Below are positions 18,593-27,713 of a stretch of DNA of 64,000 nt, one piece after another; position 1 is the stretch's first letter; every line of letters begins with the position of its first letter. The DNA lies in assembly GCA_016779995.1 (NCBI GenBank), contig JADHMO010000001.1:74638-138637 (forward strand), written 5' to 3'. Made by a program: the position numbers and the translations under genes. The notes below the pieces were generated by a model. That model worked only from the letters and a program-made list of their open reading frames with translations. It was not told the DNA's origin and searched no databases. The stretch is from Flavobacteriales bacterium. Lineage in GTDB: Bacteria > Bacteroidota > Bacteroidia > Flavobacteriales > UBA7312.

Positions 18593-18690
18593 TCCCATTC
18601 TTGTAGAATAATGGACTAAATCTTAAGTTGTTTTTGAGCTTACAGCTGCAGGAACATTTGAAGACTTACACCTCCTTCCCTATTAATTCT
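18593..18690 (-). other. fossil 5' half of a cobalamin riboswitch (truncated, lacks B12 box)
   Basis: The minus strand reads AAUAGGGAAGGAGGUGUAAGUCUUCAAAUGUUCCUGCAGCUGUAAGC...AGUCCAUUA...GGGAAAGCCACUUA and then ends. Invariant positions are mutated and the B12 box and P1 3' strand are absent. Confidence 0.8.
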
Positions 18691-18754
18691 TATATGAACC
18701 CGTAACGATACGAAGTTAGCCCTAATTCTTAAAAAAAATCTCAAAAAATTACCC

Positions 18755-18762
18755 TATATTTG
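18755..18762 (+). promoter_or_regulatory. -7 box (TATATTTG) for T9SS type-B gene copy 2
   Basis: Exact TAnnTTTG. It overlaps the track's TTG start (18760), so ATG 18790 is the likely start. Confidence 0.5.
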
Positions 18763-18789
18763 TTTTCTTACTTAAAGTCAATTAATGTG

Positions 18790-20904
18790 ATGAAATGTTT
18801 ACTTGTTTACTCCTTCACCTTTCTTACTTTTTTATCATTTTCACAACAAGTTGCTATTTACGACTTTGAAAATTTGTCTAATGGAGATATTACTAATCAA
18901 GATGGGTGGCATTACAGTACTTCTATGTCATCTATGAACAATGGATATAATTGTCCAGTTGTTGGAACACCATTGATACCTCAAATTACTGATATGCCGA
19001 CAGATGGCGATTATATAGCTAGTAAAACTATAATGTCTAATAGTGGCTGGGGCAATCAACATGTTGTGATAAGTAGAGTTAATAATAACGATTGGTCATT
19101 TCCATCATTTCAAAACAAACAATTTCTAATTCTTGAATTTGAAATGTCAGGTGGATGTTGGGGTAAGGATTTTAGGTTAGCATTTGATCAAAATAATGAC
19201 GGTAATTTTGGTCAAAACTGTGGACAATCAGACCCAAATGAAGGAAGTTTTGGCATACAATGGTTTGGCTGTAATCAAAACGCAAATCTTAAACTTTTTG
19301 ATGCTAATTCAGAAATGGTAGCGGTGGAAATGGTACTTGAACCTAGCTGGGTAAAATATGTTATGGTTATTGATTTTTATGCAAACAACTATCAAGGTAG
19401 TGCTAGTGTATTTAGAAAGAATTTAACGAACCAAGCTGATTGGGTTACAATAAACACAATGCAAAATATAAATCTAAATTTTGACACAGCCTCAACCGGT
19501 AACAACAACCCATATAACCTAAATGGAATCAAGATAGATCAAGAAGCTGGTGTACAGGCTTATTTTGACAACATCAAATTCACAGTTATGGATTTCAATC
19601 ATAAAGATACCACAGTATGTGAAGGGGAAACCATAACTATAGGCAATCCCATAAGCGGCAGTCAGTATTTATGGAATACTGGAGATACATCATCTACAAT
19701 AGATGTGAATACTGAAGGTATATATTTTGTAGACTTATATAAGGATGGTTTAAAAGTACTTAGAGATAGTATAACTGTTAATCTAATAGAATTACCAAGA
19801 ACTTTTAACGATACTAGCTACTGTGAAGACGAAAATTTTTTACTATTTGCAGGTAGTAATTTGGACTATCATTTTTGGAATGATAGTATATCAGATAATG
19901 AAATAAACATTAATAGTGCTGGAGAATATACCATTCATTATTCAAAAGATGGATGTGTACGTACTGACACCTTTCAAGTAGTAGAAATTGTACCTCCATA
20001 TATGGATTTAGGTCAAGATTTTACAGCTTGCCCTGATGAAGAAGTCATTTTGCAAGCCAACACGAATGGTACAGCTTTCAAATGGTCTGATGGTAGCACA
20101 CAATCTTCTTTAGAAATAAAACAATCTGGAGAATACCATTTGACTACCTCTATTGAGCAATGCACAGCTTCAGATACTATTAACGTAACTTTTATACCTT
20201 CAATAAATTTAGGAAATGATACCACCATTTGTGAGGGTGATTTCTTTACCATTGATTTAGATAAAGATTATGAAGATTATTCTTGGCATGACGGAGATAA
20301 GAGCACTTCAAAAGACATTCATTATGATGGAGAATATTTTGTAACCGTAAAAAAACTGAATTGTGTTATACAATCAGACACTCTCAAAGTAAATAGAGTA
20401 TTACTTCCTCGCATTTTAGAAACTACTGACGATACTCTCATATGTGAAAACTTCCCCTTATTACTTAAAGTAAAAGCTGAATTATACGATAATTTATTAT
20501 GGTTCGACGGTCATACTGATACAGCGACGATAGTTAGAGAATCAGGCGTTTATTGGGTAAGCGCCTCTAATACATGTGGAGTTGAAACAGATAGCATTAA
20601 AGTAAATGCTGAAAATTGTCTATGTGAAGAGTTTTTACCTAATGTATTTACCCCTAATGAAGATAGACTAAACGACTTTTTTGGCTATCAATCGAATTGT
20701 ATCCCTTCAAAATATTACAGCCTACAAATTTTTAATCGCTGGGGAGAACAGATTTTCGAAAGTCGTGATTATAACGAAAAATGGGATGGCACCTACAGAG
20801 GCAAAATTTGTCCTACTGGTGTCTATTCATATTTATTGGTAGTTCAATATAAAAATGATATGGGAAAAAGAACCATCAAAAGAAAATTTAGTTTAAATCA
20901 ATAA
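18790..20904 (+). CDS. T9SS type-B cargo protein, paralog 2
   Basis: Same architecture as 16322-18433. The N-terminal domain is diverged, the central repeats are near-identical, and the type-B CTD reads FTPNEDRLNDFF...IFNRWGEQIFES...WDGTYRG. Confidence 0.85.
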   Translation: MKCLLVYSFTFLTFLSFSQQVAIYDFENLSNGDITNQDGWHYSTSMSSMNNGYNCPVVGTPLIPQITDMPTDGDYIASKTIMSNSGWGNQHVVISRVNNNDWSFPSFQNKQFLILEFEMSGGCWGKDFRLAFDQNNDGNFGQNCGQSDPNEGSFGIQWFGCNQNANLKLFDANSEMVAVEMVLEPSWVKYVMVIDFYANNYQGSASVFRKNLTNQADWVTINTMQNINLNFDTASTGNNNPYNLNGIKIDQEAGVQAYFDNIKFTVMDFNHKDTTVCEGETITIGNPISGSQYLWNTGDTSSTIDVNTEGIYFVDLYKDGLKVLRDSITVNLIELPRTFNDTSYCEDENFLLFAGSNLDYHFWNDSISDNEININSAGEYTIHYSKDGCVRTDTFQVVEIVPPYMDLGQDFTACPDEEVILQANTNGTAFKWSDGSTQSSLEIKQSGEYHLTTSIEQCTASDTINVTFIPSINLGNDTTICEGDFFTIDLDKDYEDYSWHDGDKSTSKDIHYDGEYFVTVKKLNCVIQSDTLKVNRVLLPRILETTDDTLICENFPLLLKVKAELYDNLLWFDGHTDTATIVRESGVYWVSASNTCGVETDSIKVNAENCLCEEFLPNVFTPNEDRLNDFFGYQSNCIPSKYYSLQIFNRWGEQIFESRDYNEKWDGTYRGKICPTGVYSYLLVVQYKNDMGKRTIKRKFSLNQ
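20011..20522 (+). repeat. near-identical tract shared with 17540-18051
   Basis: See the 17540-18051 entry; offset is 2471 nt. Confidence 0.85.
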
Positions 20905-20908
20905 ACTT

Positions 20909-23068
20909 ATGATTATGAAAAAACAAAATGTAATACTGACAAGTATAATTTTATTATTCGCCAAGAGTCTATTTTCTCAAATAATATACACAGATATTGA
21001 GCCAGATGCAAGTACTACTCTAGACCCAATAATTATGTCAGTCAATGGGGTTGTTGAAATAGATTTTAATAACGATGGGAATGCAGAATTTGATTTTAGA
21101 TGGGATGATTATTCATTTATTGGATACGGTTATTTTTCTCACATTACCAACCCTAATAATAATAGTCATACAATGTGGTTAAGTGGAAGCAACAACAGTT
21201 ATAATGCGGGGTATTTGCAAGTCGTTAATGAAAATGAACTTATTGGACCTAATCTTCAAAGTGGTCTGTGGGGAATGACTATACCTGACCCAATAATAGC
21301 AGACTCTGAAAACAATACATTTCAAGAACTTGGGGATAAATACATCGGAGTTCAAATCAACTTAAATGGTATTCTTCATTATGGTTGGATAAGAGTATCA
21401 TTTGATGAGAATAAGACTTTAACTATCAAAGATTATGCCTATCAAAGTTTACCAAATACCGCAATTCTAGCCGGTGCTTCTCAAGATATTTTACCAGAGT
21501 CTCTAGAAATTGAAGGAGAAAATGGAGTTACAACTATATTAAATAGTCAAAGTTTACAAATGATTAGCAATGTACTTCCAAGCAATGCTAGTAATCAAAA
21601 CGTAATTTGGAGTGTAAGTAACGTTAGTGGTTCTGCTACTATAAATAATACTGGATTACTTACGGCCACTTCTTCTGGAACAGTACTTGTTGAAGGAACT
21701 ATTTTAGGTACTACAATTACTGATACAATCTCAATCATAATTAATCCCAATTTGATAACATCTTTGGTGATTTTTGGAGAAAATAATAACTCTACTGTTT
21801 TGATTGGGCAAACACTACAGATGTATTCCACAATTGTACCCGGTAATGCAGATAATACAAATTTGACCTGGACAGTAAGCGATCAGGGAGGTAGTGCTAC
21901 TATTGCCGACAATGGACTATTAACTGGTGTAACAGAAGGTCAAGTTTTGGTAACAGCCAGCACCAATGATGGTTCAAATTTAAGTGATACAAAATACATT
22001 ACAGTATTACCTGTCAATTTAGATTCCATTTCAATATATTCAGATGGCTTTGTCACAGAAATTGATTTCAATGAAAGCGTTCAAATGAGTGTCATATTTT
22101 ATCCAGAAAATGCCACCTACCAAGAAGTAAGTTGGGATATAGTTGAACTAGAAGCTAATGCAAGCATAAATCAAAACGGTATGGTTTATGGACAAAGTGG
22201 TTCTCAAGGAATTGTTCAAGTTGTTGCTACTTCTACTATTTCTAATTCAGTATCAGATACGTTTGACTTATTCATTAACTACATACCTATCACTACTATC
22301 ATTGTTCAGGGAGAAAACGGTTTAATGTCTGTAGATGAAGAAAATGACTTGCAGATGGAGGCTATTGTTAGCCCTTCTAATGCTACATCTTCTAATGTAA
22401 CATGGAGCGTTGAGAATTTAACTGGAGAAGCTACAATTGCATTCGATACAGGCATATTAACAGGTGTTAGTCAAGGAACAGTTAAAGTTATAGCAAATGC
22501 TGCTGATGGCAGTGGTACAATTGGAGATACTATCGTTACTATCAATGAATTGTATCGTTATATAACCTCAATAGAAGTACAAGGAGAAAATGGGGCTACA
22601 TCAATCAATTTGAATGGTTATTTACAAATGAATGCTACAATTTTACCTCAAAATGCTACTAATCCATTGATTGCTTGGACAGTAGTCAACAATACAGGCT
22701 CTGCCTTTATAAATGATGAGGGATTACTTTCACCTACTTCATTAGGTGATGTCATTGTAAAAGCTGTCGCACAAGATGGTTCAAATTTAATCGGACAAGA
22801 AACAATAAACATAACTCAAGCAGTTGGGTTAACTTTTGATAATAATGAAATCACAAAAATATTCCCCAACCCTACTAGTTCGAGTATTTATGTACAGTCT
22901 TCAAAAGATATAGAACATATCAGTTTGTTTTCAATCGATGGAAAATTGATTATGGAGGAAAAGCAGTCGAATTTATTAAATCTGAATAGACTAAGCAATG
23001 GTAGTTATTTAGTAAAAGTAAACTACTTAGACAAAACCTCAGACATTCAACTCATTATGAAACAATAG
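20909..23068 (+). CDS. T9SS type-A cargo protein with five Big_2 (bacterial Ig-like group 2) repeats and an uncharacterised N-terminal domain
   Basis: Five repeats of the pattern LQMxxxVxPxNAxNxxVxWxVxNxxGxATIxxxGLLTxxxxGxVxV. C-terminal IFPNPTSSSIYVQ...NGSYLVKV... type-A CTD. Starts 4 nt after the upstream gene. Confidence 0.85.
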   Translation: MIMKKQNVILTSIILLFAKSLFSQIIYTDIEPDASTTLDPIIMSVNGVVEIDFNNDGNAEFDFRWDDYSFIGYGYFSHITNPNNNSHTMWLSGSNNSYNAGYLQVVNENELIGPNLQSGLWGMTIPDPIIADSENNTFQELGDKYIGVQINLNGILHYGWIRVSFDENKTLTIKDYAYQSLPNTAILAGASQDILPESLEIEGENGVTTILNSQSLQMISNVLPSNASNQNVIWSVSNVSGSATINNTGLLTATSSGTVLVEGTILGTTITDTISIIINPNLITSLVIFGENNNSTVLIGQTLQMYSTIVPGNADNTNLTWTVSDQGGSATIADNGLLTGVTEGQVLVTASTNDGSNLSDTKYITVLPVNLDSISIYSDGFVTEIDFNESVQMSVIFYPENATYQEVSWDIVELEANASINQNGMVYGQSGSQGIVQVVATSTISNSVSDTFDLFINYIPITTIIVQGENGLMSVDEENDLQMEAIVSPSNATSSNVTWSVENLTGEATIAFDTGILTGVSQGTVKVIANAADGSGTIGDTIVTINELYRYITSIEVQGENGATSINLNGYLQMNATILPQNATNPLIAWTVVNNTGSAFINDEGLLSPTSLGDVIVKAVAQDGSNLIGQETINITQAVGLTFDNNEITKIFPNPTSSSIYVQSSKDIEHISLFSIDGKLIMEEKQSNLLNLNRLSNGSYLVKVNYLDKTSDIQLIMKQ

Positions 23069-23072
23069 TGAG

Positions 23073-23909
23073 CTAAAAAGTATCAATAGCTTTGTTGTAG
23101 GCACTTTCAAAAGCTAGTGTATTAATACCTGTTTCTATTTTCTTCTCTTGAGTAAAAGAAAGTAATTTTTCTGTTGGCATATTACCCACTAAATCATCTT
23201 TTGCCATAGGGCAACCGCCATACCCTTTGATAGCTCCATCAAAACGTTTACAACCTGAATTGTATGCTGCTTCAACTTTTTCTCGCCAACTTTCCAAGTG
23301 AGTATGTAGGTGTGCACCCCACTCTATTTGTGGATATTCTTCGATTAGCAAAGAAAATAAAGGCTTGATATTATCTGGATTAGAAACCCCTATTGTATCA
23401 GATAAGGCTAAAGTTTTAACACCCAAATCGGATAGCTTTTCACCCCATTTAGCGACAATATCTTCGTGCCAGTATTCCCCATAAGGATTACCAAATGCCA
23501 TAGATACATATACTACTAGGGATTTATGATGTTTTATACAAGTATTTTGTAATTGCTCAACTAAAGACAGAGATTGGTCAATACTTTTATTAGTATTACG
23601 TTTCTGAAAGTTCTCTGATACTGAAAAAGGATATCCTAAATAATCAATACGGTCAAAAGAACAAGCCTCATCAGCTCCTCTTTGATTGGCAACAATAGCC
23701 AAAAGTCGAGTGTTAGAATCGTCCAACTGAGAGAGGACATTTGCTGTATCTCTCATCTGAGGAATAGCCTTAGGAGACACAAAACTACCAAAGTCTAATG
23801 TATCAAAACCAACTTTCAATAATGAATTGAGATAAGCCACTTTTTGAGCAGTAGGAATAAAGTCTGTAATCCCCTGCATAGCATCTCTAGGACATTCTAT
23901 GATTTTCAT
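23073..23909 (-). CDS. hydroxymethylglutaryl-CoA lyase
   Basis: [13 protein letters not shown]...DTIGV...HLHTH motifs of the HMGL-like TIM-barrel family. Confidence 0.88.
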   Translation of the reverse strand: MKIIECPRDAMQGITDFIPTAQKVAYLNSLLKVGFDTLDFGSFVSPKAIPQMRDTANVLSQLDDSNTRLLAIVANQRGADEACSFDRIDYLGYPFSVSENFQKRNTNKSIDQSLSLVEQLQNTCIKHHKSLVVYVSMAFGNPYGEYWHEDIVAKWGEKLSDLGVKTLALSDTIGVSNPDNIKPLFSLLIEEYPQIEWGAHLHTHLESWREKVEAAYNSGCKRFDGAIKGYGGCPMAKDDLVGNMPTEKLLSFTQEKKIETGINTLAFESAYNKAIDTF

Positions 23910-24943
23910 AAGTGCTTCAGAATTCCTTGGTTAATCTTTTTGACAATACTTGGGCCTTCGTATACAAACCCCGTATATATCTGAACTAAACTCGCTCCTG
24001 CCCTTAACTTTTCAATAGCATCTTCTGCACAATGAATTCCTCCTACTCCAATAATTGGAAAGCTTTTATTCGATTTTTCAGAGATGTAACGAATCACCTC
24101 TGTCGAACGCTTTTTGACCGCTCGACCACTTAGCCCCCCATTTCCAATAGCTTTAAGCCTCTTTTCAGACGTTTTAAGACCATTTCTATCAATTGTCGTG
24201 TTAGTTGCTATCAAGCCGTCTAATTTGGTCTCTACAACTATGCTAACAATATCATCCAATTGTTCGTTGGTTAAATCTGGTGCAATTTTTAATAACAAAG
24301 GCTTCCTTTCAGTTTTAGCATTGTTCAATTCTTGCAAACGAAGTAATAGCTTAGTGAGTGGCTCTTTCTCTTGAAGTTCTCTTAAACCAGGGGTATTAGG
24401 TGAGCTTACATTGACTACAAAATAATCTACATAATCGAAAAGTGCCTCAAAAGTAATTTCATAATCCTTAACAGCTTCATCATTAGGAGTTACTTTATTT
24501 TTACCAATATTACCTCCGATAATAATTTTTGTTTTACGCTTTTTAAGACGTTTTACAGCATCTTCTACACCATCATTATTAAAGCCCATTCTATTGACAA
24601 GTGAATGATCCTCAGGCAACCTAAACAATCGTGGCTTAGGGTTACCAGCTTGAGCTAAAGGTGTTAGTGTTCCTATCTCTATAAAGCCAAAGCCAAAAGC
24701 AGCTAATTCATCAAATAGCTTAGCATCCTTATCAAAACCAGCGGCTAAACCCACTGGATTATCAAATGTCAAGCCAAATAACTCTCTTTTAAGTTTTTCA
24801 TCATTTACTCTGTAAATCTTATTCCAGACAGTTAATTTAAATGGAATATAGGAAGCTAATTTTATAATTCTGAAAATGAGATGATGTATAAATTCAGGAT
24901 TGAATAAGAATAAGATTGGTTTAACAAGAATTTTATACATCAT
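23906..24943 (-). CDS. pyrD: dihydroorotate dehydrogenase (quinone), class 2
   Basis: [12 protein letters not shown]...GFIEIGT...[11 protein letters not shown]...GGLSG...IGVGGI. First ATG used as start; the track started at an upstream TTG. Confidence 0.93.
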   Translation of the reverse strand: MMYKILVKPILFLFNPEFIHHLIFRIIKLASYIPFKLTVWNKIYRVNDEKLKRELFGLTFDNPVGLAAGFDKDAKLFDELAAFGFGFIEIGTLTPLAQAGNPKPRLFRLPEDHSLVNRMGFNNDGVEDAVKRLKKRKTKIIIGGNIGKNKVTPNDEAVKDYEITFEALFDYVDYFVVNVSSPNTPGLRELQEKEPLTKLLLRLQELNNAKTERKPLLLKIAPDLTNEQLDDIVSIVVETKLDGLIATNTTIDRNGLKTSEKRLKAIGNGGLSGRAVKKRSTEVIRYISEKSNKSFPIIGVGGIHCAEDAIEKLRAGASLVQIYTGFVYEGPSIVKKINQGILKHL

Positions 24944-24974
24944 AAGTGGCAATTATGAAGCAAAAATAAAAAGT

Positions 24975-25307
24975 TTATTTGTTCGGCTTGTATTCTTCAA
25001 AACTATTATCAGAATAAAATACGACTATCTTATCGATTGACTTGACTGTTTCAATAGTATTTTCTTTTGGCACTTGAGAGGAAGAAGGAGCTAAGTTAGT
25101 ATCATCTATAGCTCCTTGACCCAACAACAACCAATTAGCTGAAACGTCAGGAAAACGTCTAAGTATCTTTTGCAGAACCTCAATACTAGGCTTATTTCGA
25201 CCAGACAAAATATGTGATATAGTAGACCTATTTACATCTATTTCTTGTGCAAAAGTATTAGAACTTAATCCATACTTTTCTATGATATTTTGAATACGAT
25301 TTTCCAT
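24975..25307 (-). CDS. XRE-family helix-turn-helix transcriptional regulator
   Basis: SSNTFAQEIDVNRSTISHILSGRNKPSIEVLQKILRRFP is a classic HTH_3-type motif. ATG 25307 is preferred over GTG 25316. Confidence 0.75.
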   Translation of the reverse strand: MENRIQNIIEKYGLSSNTFAQEIDVNRSTISHILSGRNKPSIEVLQKILRRFPDVSANWLLLGQGAIDDTNLAPSSSQVPKENTIETVKSIDKIVVFYSDNSFEEYKPNK

Positions 25308-25322
25308 TTTTTTCACCTGTTA

Positions 25323-25330
25323 CAAATGTA
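25323..25330 (-). promoter_or_regulatory. -7 box (TACATTTG) for the HTH gene
   Basis: The reverse complement is TACATTTG, 15 nt upstream of ATG 25307. Confidence 0.4.
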
Positions 25331-25637
25331 AACATTATTTATGTAGTATTATACTTTAAATGGTATAAAATTCATCTAAAAAAAGCTTAAATACACCTAT
25401 TTACATTACTTTATTTATTCATATAAAACTTATAACTTGCTGAAAATATGTGTTTTATAAAAATTATATATAAAATGTTTACTTTTGTAGTAAAATTGCA
25501 CTTAAAAGTCGCATTAAAACGTTTACATCGGTATAAATCAAATGATTTTACACAAGTGTTAGTAAACATTATGTAAGGTAAAAAAGACATCAAAAAACCT
25601 CCATTCTACCACCCTACTCTATTGCATAAGAATTATG

Positions 25638-25645
25638 TATTTTTG
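25638..25645 (+). promoter_or_regulatory. -7 box (TATTTTTG), 4 nt from ATG of the small ORF heading the mutL operon
   Basis: Exact TAnnTTTG. The ATG at 25650 follows after taat. The track's longer ORF (25635) would include the box itself. Confidence 0.5.
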
Positions 25646-25649
25646 TAAT

Positions 25650-25907
25650 ATGCAAGCACCCAAACTACCAAGCTTTTTTAAAACATCAAGGCATCGTCAA
25701 TTTGATTTCAAGACGAGGTACTACGATGCTCAAAAGGAAGATTTAGACAACAGGGTGAAATCTGCTGAAAGCGGAAAAACAACTTTGAGATTTAGTAAAG
25801 ATTGGCAACATTCTAAACGCTCTAAAGAAAATAGCACCTCAAATAAACGCATAATTCTTATCGTTATAATTTTAGTATTACTTAGCTTTGCCCTATTGAA
25901 AATCTAA
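25650..25907 (+). CDS. small basic protein with C-terminal transmembrane tail (85 aa), unknown function
   Basis: MQAPKLPSFFKTSRHRQFDFKTRYYDAQKEDL...KRIILIVIILVLLSFALLKI. Its stop is 1 nt before the mutL ATG. Confidence 0.5.
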   Translation: MQAPKLPSFFKTSRHRQFDFKTRYYDAQKEDLDNRVKSAESGKTTLRFSKDWQHSKRSKENSTSNKRIILIVIILVLLSFALLKI

Positions 25908-25908
25908 T

Positions 25909-27711
25909 ATGTCAGACCTAATTCAACTTTTACCAGACCATGTAGCTAATCAGATAGCCGCAGGTGAAGTCATACAAAGACCGTCCTCTGCAGTTAAAGA
26001 ATTGATTGAAAATGCTATTGATGCAGGAGCTACTGATATCAAGCTTATAGTAAAAGATGCTGGTAGAACACTTATCCAAGTAGTAGATAACGGCTCAGGA
26101 ATGAGTGATACAGATGCAAGAATGTCACTAGAAAGACACGCTACTTCTAAAATCAAAAAAGCTGACGATTTATTTTCCATTCGTACTATGGGATTTAGAG
26201 GGGAAGCTATGGCATCTATGGCAGCAATTTCTCACTTAGAATTAAAAACCAAACTTCACGACAAGGAACTTGGCACAAAACTTATCGTTGAAGGTAGTGA
26301 ATTGAAATCACAAGAAAATTGTGCTACTAACAATGGCACATCTATATCCATTAAGAATTTATTTTTCAATGTTCCAGCTAGAAGGAATTTCTTAAAATCA
26401 GATCACATTGAACTCAAACATATCATCGATGAATTTCAACGCATGGCCCTAGCACACCCCCAATGTGCTATGAGTTTTTTTCACAATGATAAAGAAATAT
26501 TTATGCTATCATCTTCGACACTCAAACAACGAATTGTTGGCATATTTGGAAATAGATACAACGAAAAATTAGTCCCTGTAAAAGAAGAAACATCTCTAGT
26601 TGTAGTCAATGGTTTTGTAGGAAAACCAGAATTTTCAAAAAAAACACGAGGTGAACAGTTTTTCTTTGTCAATCAACGATTTATCAAAAGCGGTTATTTA
26701 CACCATGCTATAAGCAACGCCTTTCAAGACCTTATCCCAGAAAAGAACCACCCCTCTTATTTTTTATTTTTTGAGATAGACCCAAAGTTTATTGATGTCA
26801 ATATTCATCCCACTAAAACAGAGATTAAATTTGAGGATGAAAAATCCATTTACGCTATCGTTCGCTCCTGTGTAAAAAGAGCCTTAGGAGTACATAACAT
26901 TGTGCCTTCGTTAGATTTTGAAAAAGACCCCGCTTTTGAGAATATTCCGACTTCTAATAAGTCAGAACTCAAACAACCCAGCATAAAAGTGGATTCTAGC
27001 TATAATCCATTTGAAGAAAAGAAAAAACCTGATAATAATTATAATCCACCTCCTAAAGTAAAAACAGAAAATTGGGAGCATTTATTTGAGAATATTCCTG
27101 CCCCACAATCCAACACTACAACTGAGGTATTAGAAAAAAGATGGAATGAAGACTCAGAAGAAACCGATAAAACTATTTTTCAATTAAATAATCAATATAT
27201 CGTTTCTAGTATAAAATCGGGATTAATGGTTATACACCAACAAAGAGCCCACGAAAGAATATTGTACGAGTACTACCTTAAAATGCAAAACAAAGAAGGT
27301 CCGTCACAACAATTGCTTTTTCCTAAAACTGTTGAGCTGACTCCTTCTGATATGGCAATAGTAAAAACCATAAGTAATGAGCTTTTGAATATGGGCTTTA
27401 GATTTGACTATCTAAACAAAAACAGTATTGTCGTATTGGGAACTCCTACAGATGTAGAAATGGAAAAGCTAGAGAGTGTTATGGAAGAATTGGTAGAGCA
27501 ATTTAAGAATGAATCTTCTGTAGAAAAGCACGACAATTTATCCCGTTCATTAGCAAAAACTATGTCAATCAAATCTGGACGTAAACTAAACCCAGAGGAA
27601 ATGCGTTCTATCATAGATAATTTATTTGCTTGTCAAATACCCAATACCACAGCTCAAGGAAAACCAACACTTATTACCTTAACTTTAGAAGAATTAGCTA
27701 AAAAGTTTTAA
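25909..27711 (+). CDS. mutL: DNA mismatch repair protein MutL
   Basis: IAAGEVIQRPSSAVKELIENAIDAGAT...VVDNGSGM...GFRGEAL-type GHKL ATPase N-terminus plus the MutL C-terminal dimerisation domain. Confidence 0.95.
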   Translation: MSDLIQLLPDHVANQIAAGEVIQRPSSAVKELIENAIDAGATDIKLIVKDAGRTLIQVVDNGSGMSDTDARMSLERHATSKIKKADDLFSIRTMGFRGEAMASMAAISHLELKTKLHDKELGTKLIVEGSELKSQENCATNNGTSISIKNLFFNVPARRNFLKSDHIELKHIIDEFQRMALAHPQCAMSFFHNDKEIFMLSSSTLKQRIVGIFGNRYNEKLVPVKEETSLVVVNGFVGKPEFSKKTRGEQFFFVNQRFIKSGYLHHAISNAFQDLIPEKNHPSYFLFFEIDPKFIDVNIHPTKTEIKFEDEKSIYAIVRSCVKRALGVHNIVPSLDFEKDPAFENIPTSNKSELKQPSIKVDSSYNPFEEKKKPDNNYNPPPKVKTENWEHLFENIPAPQSNTTTEVLEKRWNEDSEETDKTIFQLNNQYIVSSIKSGLMVIHQQRAHERILYEYYLKMQNKEGPSQQLLFPKTVELTPSDMAIVKTISNELLNMGFRFDYLNKNSIVVLGTPTDVEMEKLESVMEELVEQFKNESSVEKHDNLSRSLAKTMSIKSGRKLNPEEMRSIIDNLFACQIPNTTAQGKPTLITLTLEELAKKF

Positions 27712-27713
27712 TT

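Larger units (their letters stand above)
18593..21070 (+). repeat. tandem duplication unit, copy 2 (right boundary approximate)
   Basis: Same content and order as 16111-18592. The right end is inferred from unit length and from weak homology of 20915-~21060 to the fragment at 18444-18590. Confidence 0.7.

Noticed and set aside
25328-25569. Recurring GTAAACAT/ATGTTTAC octamers (25328-25335, 25475-25482, 25562-25569, plus a partial copy at 25521-25526) in the HTH-mutL spacer, as possible operator sites.
   Set aside because: One copy is simply part of the -7 box context. The others have irregular spacing in very AT-rich DNA, so I cannot distinguish them from chance without comparative data.
25411-25593. 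60-aa ORF in the long AT-rich spacer between the HTH gene and the mutL operon.
   Set aside because: Its composition is implausible (Cys/Phe/Asn/Lys-rich). It has no promoter box in the right place and spans what looks like promoter and spacer DNA, so it is probably not coding.
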